A stretch of 63,988 nt of DNA, filler included, from Octopus bimaculoides (GCF_001194135.2; 7 parts of 6 records of this genome joined end to end with filler, not necessarily neighbours in it), one strand, 5' to 3'. Shown: positions 37,430 to 49,920, counted from the first letter of the whole stretch. Notes: a model not told the origin generated them from the letters alone. Translations and numbers: made by a program.

Positions 37430-37879
37430 AGAGAGGTGGGATGGGGGCGTTAGTTTTGCAAAAGCAAAGCAAATAATTTTAAAAAAGAATTGTAGTGAGA
37501 TATATTTTGTTATCAGAGATTAAGAGAAAAAAAAAAAAGACGTAGAATTCCAATTATCCAGAACATTGATTGGAAGAGATGCTGCGATCACTAATTTTGA
37601 TTTACAGATTTAGTATAGATATTTCATTGCCTTGAAATTGTTAATATTCTTAGAGAAAGTACAAAACATCATGGAGCATTATTTTGTCTCTAACACATAC
37701 ATACATACATACATACATACAAACATACATGTTTGTATGCATATATACATAGACGCACTTGCATGCATATGTAGTGAAACTACCTATCGCCATTAGATAC
37801 AAAACTACTATCGCCATTACATACAATCTTCTCATTTAAATATAAATAAATGCGAGCGTAGTAGAGAACCCATTCCTTG

Positions 37880-38065
37880 TCATCACGTGACTGATTATTA
37901 TTCGAATCGGCAACTTCTTCGAACCGTTCCCGCCAGAACGCAAACTGACCAATCACAGCCCCTAATAAGGTCACGTGATAGAGTAAAATTATATCACCGT
38001 CTTCGAGCCCTCTTAACGCTATATATAGATCAACTCATACCCCACAAATTTGTCTCGGTCCAGTT
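37880..38065 (+). promoter_or_regulatory. Putative RNA Pol II core/proximal promoter
   Basis: ATCACGTGAC (37882-37891), TTCCCGCC (37927-37934), GACCAATCAC (CCAAT 37949-37953), GTCACGTGAT (37970-37979), CTATATATAG (38019-38028) within 150 bp of CpG-rich non-repetitive sequence. Confidence 0.65.
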
Positions 38066-39649
38066 TCTCTTTGAGAACTGTTCCGTGTACCACACGACAG
38101 CAGCAGCANNNNNNNNNNNNNNNNNNNNNNNNNNNNNNNNNNNNNNNNNNNNNNNNNNNNNNNNNNNNNNNNNNNNNNNNNNNNNNNNNNNNNNNNNNNN
38201 NNNNNNNNNNNNNNNNNNNNNNNNNNNNNNNNNNNNNNNNNNNNNNNNNNNNNNNNNNNNNNNNNNNNNNNNNNNNNNNNNNNNNNNNNNNNNNNNNNNN
38301 NNNNNNNNNNNNNNNNNNNNNNNNNNNNNNNNNNNNNNNNNNNNNNNNNNNNNNNNNNNNNNNNNNNNNNNNNNNNNNNNNNNNNNNNNNNNNNNNNNNN
38401 NNNNNNNNNNNNNNNNNNNNNNNNNNNNNNNNNNNNNNNNNNNNNNNNNNNNNNNNNNNNNNNNNNNNNNNNNNNNNNNNNNNNNNNNNNNNNNNNNNNN
38501 NNNNNNNNNNNNNNNNNNNNNNNNNNNNNNNNNNNNNNNNNNNNNNATTGCTCACGTGTTATTGACTCTCTTTCTATCTGCTGTAAACACTCATACACAC
38601 ATGTATCACTCACATACACACTTTTCTTTGTATGACGGCCTGTCTTTGATAATGTTCTTATATGTCGCATTCACACTCACACACAGACATACATCTTTAA
38701 CGCTACAATAAATATCTCTGTTATTCATCTAATACGGTTGTGGTCTTTCATTGCTGGTCATCTATGTTATCGTCGCATAACATATCATGTATATCATCTT
38801 CGATATATAATTGTGTGTTCGACCGTGTGACACGTTTAAATAAAAGGAGTCCTCTGTTTTTCCATTCGTCACCATTTCTCCTTTTTGAGTTCGCACGGTC
38901 GTCCCTTACACATACATATACATATATAGATATATATCAGTTTGTGTTTTTTTTTTATATGATATCTGTACGAAGAGACCAGGTGAAGAGATAAAGTACA
39001 AGTCCCAGACTGACCTTTCGTCTCTAATATAAGTTTTAGTAATAATCAGCAAGATACAATAGATTTGTTCTAACACAGTGCCTGTCTTTACTGAATAAAT
39101 GCACAAGTCGTCAGTACATTAACTCGTGATTTTTCTGTAGCATAGAAAGCAGCCCGCGTTTTCAAAAGTGTTTAGCTTAAAAGTTGCTGTTGAGGCTTGC
39201 TTGCGTCTTAGCATTGAAGTTGAATTTAAATATTTTCAATTGTCATAGGTGAATTGTCGGAGTCGTTAGAATATTGTGTGGTATTTGTTCCCTAATTTCT
39301 GTGCTGTGAGTTCAAATTCTGTCGAAGTAGAATTGCCTTGGAGGCAAAGATTCACACATTCACACAGTAAAATACACAAGGAGGTGCTCCAGCAAGTCCA
39401 TAGTAAAAAATGACTGAAACAAGTAAAAGGATAGAAAAATAAAAGAATACAGATAGAAAGAGCGTGGGAGAGCGTGCGCGCGAGAGAGAGATAGTGAGAG
39501 AGATTACAATTTATAAGGTGAGTACGATTGACATAAACACTTCCTCTCTCCTCATGTACATAAAGAGAAACAGCCTTTCACGCATAAACACACACAGCGC
39601 GAGGGAGATTAAAACGTCTGGTGTCAAATAAATCAAGAGTCAAATCAGC

Positions 39650-39680
39650 GACGCCAAATAGGTGGCGCCAAAATGGCGTC
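39650..39680 (+). promoter_or_regulatory. Overlapping CTCF-like core and YY1-like motif
   Basis: TAGGTGGCGCC (39659-39669) overlaps CAAAATGGCG (39669-39678); flanked by the inverted pair GACGCCA/TGGCGTC. Confidence 0.35.
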
Positions 39681-41156
39681 TTATACTGTCTTGGTCATCT
39701 ATGCCTTATTTGAACGCCAAATCAAAAGTAGGTTAAAATTCGCGTAAACCTTGAGAACCCCTGGATATCGGAATGATACACGAGTGATGGATTTAATTTC
39801 ATATTCCCAGCAGCATTTCTTCCCAGAAGAAGTGTCAGACGATTTTTCGAAGCTTTAAATCCGGCGGTTGATTCACCACGAGAATTAAATACTTAGCAGG
39901 TACGAGCTTCCAGAAATGGCAGTTCCAACATAGTATACTTAGTAATATTTCTTTAGCTGGTTCGGTTAATTAGTAGCAGCCTCTTCTTTTAGTAGTCGCA
40001 GATTCAGCAGAAGCGCTTCTAAAACCTTTCAAAGTTTTATACGCCAGAAAAGATATTTACTTAGGAGTTTCACTTGTTTTTTCTTCTGCAAATCATGAAA
40101 TAGACTTTTGGTTATTTTAAAAATTAACATCGTGCTTATCGGCACATTACATTGGGTTAGATCCCTGATGCATATTCCCGCAAGATGCATATTCTCATTT
40201 TAACCATCAAATTAATCCTAGGAAAACTAAGGTCCAAGCAGTTAAAGAAATAACTTCTTAAGCACGTGGTTTAACTTTCTCTGCATTTTGCCACTTATTG
40301 TTTTCATTGTAGATGATGCAAGCTTTAATGTTTTGACAATGTGGTTGATTTCTTTTCTCCTGTATCAAGCCCCTTTAAAATATGAGGTTTAATATCCAGT
40401 GTAATTCTTTCCTTTTCACGTTACAACCTTCAGTTCCACTTGAAGGCTTCTTTTCAGGCATCTGGAATTCTAGGTAAATCCAAAAGCGGCGTTGATCACA
40501 AAAAAAAAAAAAAAAAATCAACCTGCTTCAGTGGGTCAAGCCAGTCTTGTCTATTTTAATAGCAATTGAAAACAATCATTGATAATGCAGAGAGAGTATC
40601 ATCGCACCCCATTCCTTTAAACTTGATTGGTACACAACGGGAACCCATGCGATAAACCTGACTAACAGAGAGGACTTCAAGGAGTGAACTCACATCCTTT
40701 ACATAGCTAGGACCGAATTTAAAACACTAACCCTTCTCTTTGGAGCTAGAAGATGTTTAAGTCTCAAACAATTATGGACTGTCTACGGGGCTCAGGTGAG
40801 ACCCACCACGGTGTGCTGCGTCTACATCCGGAAAGGTACTACTTCTGTACAAGGACATTCTAGGCCGATTCCAGAAAATAATCCACTTGTAAAATTAGCA
40901 TGAAGTCAGTTCAAGCATACTCAAGCCTCTGGAATGTATTTGTAGACATACTGTTTCCTGTTTTTTTTCTATCGCAACCAAAATTGATTCTGTTCCTTGG
41001 AACTGGCTTCGGCACCACTCTCTCTGCATTCTCATCTCTCCTCTTTTCATCAACTACGTTGAGTCCAACACGCCAGATTCTGCGCTAAACCTTCGCCTAG
41101 TCTCCCAGTCTCCCAGTCACACAGGACTCCCACTTTTATGCAGTTGACAACTTACG

Positions 41157-41820
41157 ACAGTTTAAGCGGGGGGGGGGGACTTTTAATGAACATAGGTGCT
41201 GTTCTACACTTAACAAATAATAAATGGAGATACACGTCAACTTTCGGGTCTCTGTTATTTTCTTTCTGCGTTTGTAGTTTTTCTTTCTATTTTGACCTAT
41301 TTTCTCATCCCCCCATCTCTCTCTCCATTTTCCCTCTTTTCGATGAAAGATATTTTATTTCTCTTCTAGCGTGAAATTTATACTATTTTATTGTAATTTT
41401 CGTCGTCCTTGTGTTGCCTATTTTAGTTTTATGTGCGTGCTTCTTAAAAATAAAAAAAAGGAAGAAAGAAAATGGGCGAGATGTAGATAAGGAAAAGTCA
41501 TTCTGGAGCTATATTTTTATGATGTAGTTGGCGACATGTTTATGTGGAATTGAAGTAAATACCGACGCCTGTAAGAATGCGTAGGAATAGGCTGTGTGTG
41601 CTTGTTCAATATTTTAGTATTATGTGTTAATAAATAATAGAATAGAATTTTAAAGCATATCTGTTACGGAAACTGTATATATGTACAGTTTAAGCGGGAG
41701 GACTTTTAACGAACATAGGTGCTGTTCTATATTTAACAAATAATAAATGGAGGTACACATCAACTTTCGAGTCTCTGTCATTTTCTTTCTGCGTTTATAG
41801 TTTTCCTTTTATTTTGACTT
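41157..41820 (+). repeat. Pair of about 140-bp direct repeats (41157-41299 and 41685-41820)
   Basis: ACAGTTTAAGCGGG..GACTTTTAA(T/C)GAACATAGGTGCTGTTCTA..TATTTTGAC in both copies. Confidence 0.85.
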
Positions 41821-41835
41821 ATAACAATGATAACT

Positions 41836-42158
41836 GCATGGTATGCAGGATTAGCCCTGGCATTAACTGTAGAACTGGAAATGTAGTCTACATCATAAGA
41901 TGCATAGAAGATGCTTGTAAAGACATGAATATGACATACAAGGGGAAACATCTAGGAGCATTGCGGAAAGACTAAATGAGCATTCGAGATAATATGACGA
42001 CAAAAAAACATGCCAAGGATCAATATAAAGGTAACCTGGGTCAACTTGACATCCACATTTTATCCAAACACCCAAGAGACCCAACACTCAGACAAATACA
42101 GGAGTACGTCCTCATAAATGAAACACCCCCAGCTCTAAATAGGAAATATATGCAGTAG
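41836..42158 (+). mobile_element. Penelope-like GIY-YIG endonuclease fragment (third lineage)
   Basis: CMVCRISPGINCRTGNVVYIIRC..C..TYK(G)ETSRSIAERLNEH..HAKD..LDIHILSKHPRDPTLRQIQEYVLINETPPALNRK, with two frameshifts. Confidence 0.85.
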
Positions 42159-42235
42159 ATAATCATACCCCCCGTACCCGCAGTTCATATTTATATACAA
42201 GTAGAATAGTTAGTGGGCTGTTATGTAGATGTATG

Positions 42236-42297
<62 letters not shown>

Positions 42298-42878
42298 TGT
42301 GTGTATATATGTATATGTATATGTACATGTGTATAAGCAAATGGATATGAAAGTAAACAGATAGATATACAGACGGATAGGTACATAGGTAATATGAATA
42401 GACAAGCACAGACACATACGCAAATGAAGATTGAAACACACGACCATGTACGCACACACTTCACACAAGGACACATAAGGAGACACACATCCACGCATAT
42501 GGAAGTGCACATCCATACATACAGACAAAGTACATAGTCACAAAACTCATACACACACACACACACACACACAAACACGCACACACAAGGAGACAGAGGT
42601 ATACACACACACGCATAAAAACACAAACACGAAGTCACAAACACAGGAATATGTAGAATACATACATACTAACGTACACACATAATACATATATACATAC
42701 TCACACACACGCATACATGCATACACACACTTACATGCATACATACATACATACATACATACATACATACATGTGTATGCACAAACCAAATCCCAAATCG
42801 AAATGTGTGTGTATATATATATATAATTTAAAACAGTTTGATCCGGTTCCGTGCGACGTCACGTTTCGCAGGCCCCTA

Positions 42879-42937
42879 ACGAGAACTCGTCTCTTTCAGG
42901 CTTTGGAATACAAAGCCTGACAGAGACAGATTCTCGT
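42879..42937. other. 59-nt hairpin, 27-bp stem, 5-nt loop
   Basis: ACGAGAACTCGTCTCTTTCAGGCTTTG-GAATA-CAAAGCCTGACAGAGACAGATTCTCGT: 23 Watson-Crick pairs, 1 G-U and 3 mismatches on +. Confidence 0.8.
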
Positions 42938-43094
42938 AACAGAATGGAATCTGGAATCAGATCATGGAGAATCTGGCTTTCGGTACCCACACAGACATGC
43001 AATGATGCATAATAACTAAAGCGCGCGCACACATACACATTCTCACACACATACACACACATACACACATACACAAAACTGGCATAACTGACGC

Positions 43095-43340
43095 AAGAAA
43101 GCGGTGTTGGAATAGGATCAACTGCTTGCCAAAAAATTTAGCTCATGTAAGCCCCTCTGATGACTTAAGCATTTCCCCTTTACACTTAGAACGTAATTCG
43201 CCTATTTTAGAAGCCATCATCATAGATACCGTTAGTAGTATACGATACGATGAGAAGGAATACGAACAGAACGTCCTCCTCAGTTTGTATGATGTGAATT
43301 TATATTCTCCTTTTACCTTAACTACTTTTAGCAAATGCTA
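43095..43340 (+). mobile_element. Probable Penelope-like GIY-YIG C-terminus, strongly diverged
   Basis: LAHVSPSDDLSISPLHLERNSPILEAIIIDTVSSIRYDE resembles the H.....IL..E.N...R.ILEA..I..N end of PLE endonucleases; a hammerhead-like motif follows 200 bp later. Confidence 0.5.
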
Positions 43341-43530
43341 AAACGTATAAGAAGCCTGATTTATATAAGAGCGTTGTAGTTCGCTTGAAGCAGTGTAATA
43401 ATGCGTAAAATTTAATAAAGCCTTTATATTTCAGTCTAAGTAAAGTTTAGTTATGTAGTTTCCGCAAATCCATTCAAATCTGAATGGGTTAACGGATCCT
43501 ACCTAATAGGACTTTTCTTAGACCGCTCTT

Positions 43531-43570
43531 TCCCCCTGAAGATGGGCCTTCGCGCCTGAAATATAAGGAT
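43531..43570 (+). ncRNA. Decayed minimal type I hammerhead motif
   Basis: CCCC | CTGAAGA | T GGGC-CTTCGC-GCCT | GAAA | TAT A | AGGA. Core intact, 4-bp stem II, palindromic ATAT stem III; stem I has only 2 of 4 pairs. Confidence 0.42.
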
Positions 43571-43642
43571 TTTATTAAACTTCCCACATTGACAGAAGTT
43601 TTCTATTTTCTCTCTTTTTATCTTCACATCCATATGTTGTAG

Positions 43643-44050
43643 CGCCGTTGAAAAATGGAACCTTCCTGGGAATTTGAAAGGAAGATATATTGGAAGGAAT
43701 GTGTGTGAGATTCTTGACGAGATGCTAAAGGATATCAAAGTCCATGGATTTGAGTCTCATCCCAAGCTGCCGGAAAATATCTCCTGGGTTTAATTTCATA
43801 GCCAAATTAAATGCATTGTGTATTTATTTACAACCCACGCTATATTTGTGTCATTCTTAGTAATTGGTTTCAGATTTATAAATTAACAGTAGCGGGAAAT
43901 ACACTCGCCTGATCGTCATATCTTTCTCAATGACATACAAAATAAATTAACTCCAGGAGCCAGTATGCAGGAAGTATACCTGCTTCTCTCGGTGGCTTGT
44001 GACATCCTTGTTGAAACTTTTCTGAAATTACATCAGACATTAAGGACTTA
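43643..44050 (+). mobile_element. Possible ancient L1-clade RT remnant
   Basis: GNLKGRYIGRNVCEILDEM (compare GF.KGRYIGEN.R.I.D), NISW, NWFQIY, YLLLSVACDILVET..DIK, in the L1 RT order. Confidence 0.4.
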
Positions 44051-44564
44051 ATCAACCCCAAATTCTAAATTATATACGCAATCGTTCATTTCATAAACAT
44101 TAATCGGTTTTTAATCCCCTAATGAAATCTAACTCCGACAAGTAACAAATATGAACAGTTTAAAATTATATGCAAATAAGTTTACAAATAACTCGCAAAT
44201 CCTTTAATTCCATACCAAATTCAAATTCTTAGCTGCCGTCTCTCTTTGAAAATAAGGATTACTTTTTATTCGACAGAAGTTCAGTGTCTGTAGAAGAATG
44301 GTTTTGATAAATTTAATCAGCTCCATATTTTATTAATGGTTATTATATCGACTCTGGAAGATTGAAATGAAAAGTCGATCTTTCCGGGATTAAAACTTTA
44401 TAAACAAGAGGATGAAATAAAACCCTTCCTACAGACTCTCAAAATCTTCTCATAATAAATTACCAGACCGTTTCTATAATGTCTCCGTTCTCAAAGATTT
44501 CTCATAATAAAAATTCCTAGAGTAAATTTTTAGAAGAAAGAACGTAATGCATTGGTTTCCAAAT

Positions 44565-44765
44565 TTGGCACAAGGCCAGCAATTTTGCAGGCTGATGTAA
44601 GTTGATTACAGCGACTCTAGTGCTCGGCTGGTATTATTTTATCGACTCTGAAAGGATGAAAGGCGCAGCAGACTTCAACCGAATTTGAATTCAGAACGTT
44701 AAGACGAACGAAATGCTGCTAAGCATGTTGCTCGATGTGCTAACAATTCTTTTAGCTCGTCGCCT
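44565..44765 (-). mobile_element. SINE family C
   Basis: TTTGGCACAAGGCCAGCAATTT..ATCGAC..GAAAGGATGAAAGGC..GAATTTGAATTCAGAACGT..GAAATGC.GCTAAGCAT. Confidence 0.85.
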
Positions 44766-45518
44766 TAGTATATATATATATTATCTATACATATTAATTA
44801 GAGTGTTACTTGTTAAATGATGAGTAATGGTGTATATTTATATTTTGCTACTGTGGACGATGTTCATTTAATGTTACATTGGTACAATACTTGTAAGTTT
44901 GCTTTTTTTTTCAGATTGCATGGTTCTTATGTGAAATAATTGAATGAATCTACTGCTTCTTTTCAAGTGTATACATACACACGTACAGACACAGACACAG
45001 ACACAGACACACACACGCAGACACACACACGCAGACACACACACGCAGACACACGCACAGACACACACACGCACATAAAAAAACACACACACACACACGC
45101 ACATGCACACACACACACACACGCGCACATGCACACACACACACACACATACACACAGATATATGATAATGTGATTGGTGGAAAGTAATGTACCCCGTAT
45201 ATCCAGAGAGTCCAGAAAACTTCCAATGGAGATTAATCGTATTCCACACGATGAAGCGCCTACAAACAGCTGTTACTGAAAAATATTCAACTACAGAGTA
45301 ATTATAAAGTTTAATGATATATGAATGTAAGCTCAGCATTCAGAATCTTAAAGCTGATGTGCGGTGCAGAAACAAATGTGATCCACAATTAAAGCCTGAT
45401 ATCTCAGATCCACGTGTAATAATATTCTCATATATATATATATATNNNNNNNNNNGCAGAAACAAATGTTGTGATCCACAATTAAAGCCTGATATCTCAG
45501 ATCCACGTGTAATAATAT

Positions 45519-45555
<37 letters not shown>

Positions 45556-45559
45556 CACA

Positions 45560-45810
45560 CATGGTCTCCTTTGCCGAACTGTCAAGTTATAGAGCCGTGA
45601 ACACACCAACATCGGTTGTCAAGCTGTGGTGAGGGAAAACACTGACAAATGTATACACGACGGGCTTCTTTTAGCTTCCGTCTGCCGTATCCACTCACGA
45701 GGCTTTAGTTGTCCCGAGGCTATGGTAGAAGATGCTCACCCAAAGTGACATGCAGTGGGATCGGACGCGGAACCATGTAGTTCGGACGAAAACTTCTTAC
45801 ATCACAGATA
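45560..45810 (-). mobile_element. SINE family A, diverged
   Basis: TGCCGAAC..AAGTTA..CACACCAACATCGGTTGTCAAGC..CGACGGGCTTCTT..ATCCACTCACGAGGC..GGAACCATGT. Confidence 0.8.
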
Positions 45811-47514
45811 GATATGTATTAAAATATAAGTTGTATAGAAGTCTCATAGTAGAGCACTTCTATTGTGAGTTTCACCTTCCCTTAACAGACTCTTACTAGC
45901 ATAAAATAAGCTTGACCTGGGGTGGTAAGTTCTTGAACACAAAAGGTGAACAGATGGAAGGCTCAGAATATACTCCATATTGATTCCTTATTGTAAGAAC
46001 ACCGCGTGATTTCTACATATACCGTATAGTTGTGTGAGCATACGTAGTTCTTATGGCACTTTTGCTGAAGAGCCATGTAGGTTAATATTCAAATTGTTGT
46101 GAGAGCAAGGGCAGGAATTTATTCACATATTGTATGTATGTATGTATGTATGTATGTATGTATGCATATATGTTTGTATGTATGCATTTATGTATGTATG
46201 TATCTATAGTTCACTCATATATATATACATAAATCTTTTCACATATAAATAGATATACGTGCATCGAACAAGAATGGTGATATTTCGGTATCATTGAGTT
46301 GGGACAGACTTTCTTACCGCATGACCTATACACTGATTTATTTCGATACATATATACATTCACACATACATACATACATATATACATACATAGATATATA
46401 CATACATATATACACACATACATATATACATGTTGATTTTATGCGCAGTTTTCTGTTCACCAAATATTTCTCTGCCAAGGCACTGATGAAGACACTGCCC
46501 AGTATTTTCCTCCGATTACTTCAACCCACCTATATATGAATATATATGTAACACACACACACACACACATATATGTATGTATCTATCTATATATATATAT
46601 ATATATANNNNNNNNNNNNNNNNNNNNNNNNNNNNNNNNNNNNNNNNNNNNNNNNNNNNNNNNNNNNNNNNNNNNNNNNNNNNNNNNNNNNNNNNNNNNN
46701 NNNNNNNNNNNNNNNNNNNNNNNNNNNNNNNNNNNNNNNNNNNNNNNNNNNNNNNNNNNNNNNNNNNNNNNNNNNNNNNNNNNNNNNNNNNNNNNNNNNN
46801 NNNNNNNNNNNNNNNNNNNNNNNNNNNNNNNNNNNNNNNNNNNNNNNNNNNNNNNNNNNNNNNNNNNNNNNNNNNNNNNNNNNNNNNNNNNNNNNNNNNN
46901 NNNNNNNNNNNNNNNNNNNNNNNNNNNNNNNNNNNNNNNNNNNNNNNNNNNNNNNTAATAGTATCATACCTACTTCCAAATTTGCGTTTCGGCTACGTAG
47001 TGTGTGAATAAATAATTGAAAATTAATTTGAATCCCTCCAAGAAATATGCAACTTTCGTTTTATTAAAACAAAAAAACCCTGAAGCGTTCCTGCCCCACA
47101 CAGCTTAAAATGATAACAAATTCTTAACATTGGATTTAACCCAAATGCCTCGAATTATGCATTACCATGGGGCCAGAATCGAAATATGTAGGTTTTTAAG
47201 TTTTCTATTCCGTTTTTAAAAAAATTATTTGTAAATAGGTCTTAACAACAAACTATGACACAAATAAATTAACTATACATCCTCAATTCTCCATTTTTTT
47301 ACCTTATTAATTATATATATATATATAAATATGTGTGTGTGTATGTGCGTCTATGTGTGTGTGAGTGTGTGTATTCATATATACATATATTCATAGACAT
47401 TCATATACATGCGCATGTGTATACATACGCATACATATATAAATATACACACCCATACACACATATATGCCTCTAGGCCTGTTATCTAGTATTTAATGCT
47501 TTGTTTCGGTAAAT

Positions 47515-49920
47515 GATAAAACGTGAAGTGAGTATTGGCATAAAGGGAGGTAATAACCAGTTAGTACAGGACAGAAATTGATGGGGAAGTTAACAGACAA
47601 TGGATCAAGTTTCTTACAATTTTGTGTAAAATATGTCTGCATAACTAAAACATTATTGGATCCCGAATTGGTACATAAGGAAACCTGGATATATATGTGT
47701 GGTAGCTCTGGAAATGGCCTACTAATGCAGATTTCATCTGCATTAGTTGTCCATGAAAAAAAATCTGTTGGAGACTTGTGTGTGTTTATAGGAGGAGATA
47801 TTGATTCATATGACTACATGGTGATAAAACTAAAGATAAAACTAAACGTTTTTGATATTAGCAAACTAAATATAAATGACATCAGAGGATGGTATCAGTT
47901 AGATCACATGAACTGATATGCAGCATTAAATGCAGAAGCAGATATAGATAAATATTGGAGCAAATTCAAAGACATTACAATTGAGACAGCTGAAAATAGA
48001 AAAGGAAGAAAGGAAAGCGTAGTAAGCTATTGGGTATCAGCAGAGATATGCGATATTTTAGATAAACGACGAGAACAGAAAATTAAAAGAAATACCACAC
48101 AAGATGCTAAAGAAAAGTATAAAACAACTGGACAGAGAAATAGACACGTTGCCACTAAGATAACGAAAAATGGGTTGAAGGCCAAAAAAAAAACAAAAAA
48201 AAAACACACATACACAGAATATATCATTGCAAGAAATCGTTCAAGCCTCGTATACATAGTTCTCAAGAAACTGTCAGGATATGGAAGCAGGAACAGATTA
48301 AGAATGGTATGTGGCTAAAGACTGAGGAATATTTAAGCGATACATGTGTAAAATATTTCTATGTGCTAAATCAACCTTAACTTAATGAGATTTTACGTGA
48401 TTGATATTTCACGGGTGACTGGTTGTTTAAATGATCTTGACATAAATGTTGGTGTAATTACATTGGGAAAAGTTCGGGATGCTATGAAATTGAAAAATAA
48501 CATATCTGCTAATATAGATAGTAGGGCTCTATATAAATAGTGACCTCATTAAAAACTGAAGGAAAGCCATAGAGACATTGCTACTTAACTTATCTTATAT
48601 GGCATGATGAAAAATATCAGAAAATATATCAGAAAGAACCCAACACTCATCGTAAAACTGCCGAAGAAAGGTAATCTTATTGATTGCCCAAACTGGATGA
48701 AAACTTCTGTTTGCAGTAGCCATCAATCTTCTTTCAGGGTATTGAATTAAATAAGATGAAGGACACTGTGAATATAATCTAAAGCAGTGATTCTCAACCA
48801 GGATTCATATGGCCTTTTTGGGCCATGTAAGATATCATTGTTAAAATTTAATTGTAATAAATTGGTTATACTTCTACAAAACACAAAATATATTAATATT
48901 TTAATGGAATTTCTAATAAGATTTAATTCTAAAAATATAATCATATCTTTTAAACATCGAATGGATATGTGGGTCCATCTGAGTAAAATAGGAATCAAAG
49001 GGGTCCATATGAAAAAGTGTTGAAAAACATTGAGTCCAACAATTTGGAATTCATAGAAAGAGATCCTGCACTGATGGCAGCTTTGCATTACTACAAACAA
49101 CTGAAAATAGAATTGAAGGATAATCAACGGCGGCCATTAATTTTACATTAAACAGTGTAAACAGAAATGTTTTGAGGAAAATCGTGGAAAAATTAGTAAA
49201 CATAATAAATACAATATGTATAAGTCATAATTATTGTGTATGAGTTAACGAAGAAACTATGAACATGCTTTTAGACAAGTGTCATGTCTTTACTTTTCTG
49301 TTGTTATTGAATTCATAGGGAAACATGAACAATCTGTGAAAGATAGTATGGCAGAAAGTCAACTTGCGTTTTAATATAAAATTAGAAAGTAAACAAACAT
49401 GGATTTCTCATATGAAAACTGTTTAAAGTTTATAGTAAATGATGAAGACGTAGAAAATGCATCCTAATTAGACTACTTGTTACAATATATGCGGATGGAA
49501 GCAGTGAAAGACAAGTCAATATCAAAATTGGAAATGCCAGAGCAGTATTTGCTTGATTTACAAACATTTAAAAACTCAGTAAAAAAACTCAATTATCAGT
49601 CTGTAGTTGAATATAATTTTCTATTAATTTCAACGTTCGGGAAAATATTGTAACTTAATTAGAAACATAGAGAAAGATTTGAAGTATAAAAGGTGTTTGA
49701 GCAGTATCCTGAATGTGGTGTAATAGACAGCGAATTTCTGATGTTGTACTACCGGGAATAACAGGGCAGAGGAAACTATTAATAGTTGTAATGCTGAGAA
49801 TAAGAAGGTTAATCTGGCTGGGTCGTGTAATAAGAATGAGCAATCGAAGTATGTTCAGTGGAGCGTTGCAGTAGAAAATGTCAAAGAGGAAAATAAGCAC
49901 TTGGATTGCCTAAGCTCAAA
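47515..49920 (+). mobile_element. Highly decayed RTE-clade LINE (EN C-terminus, linker, RT, post-RT)
   Basis: GKLTDNGSSFLQFC..VHKETW..GGDIDS; FDISKL; W.KFK..; LIVKLPKKGNLIDCPNW; RKRSCTD; RCLSSIL..RIRRLIWLGRVIRM, all in RTE order. Confidence 0.85.
48785..49032. mobile_element. hAT/Charlie-like MITE inserted in the RTE RT
   Basis: Left TIR CAGTGATTCTCAACC and degenerate right TIR GTTGAAAAACATTG; the left flank ATCTAAAG fits the Charlie target preference; no matching right TSD. Confidence 0.65.

Noticed and set aside
40560-41140. GC-richer block with partial open frames
   Set aside because: No recognisable motif in any frame (GGSHLSP is too short to call RT); left unassigned.
43643-43790. Possible host exon (good acceptor, 49 open codons)
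   Set aside because: The KGRYIG.N...I.D motif and downstream colinear L1 RT-like pieces favour a retrotransposon relic, and donors are weak. Exonisation is not excluded without RNA data.
45366-45540. Tandem duplicate of about 80 bp containing CACGTG
   Set aside because: The copies flank a 10-N gap and differ by a 3-bp indel: most likely overlapping contig ends from two haplotypes, not a real duplication.
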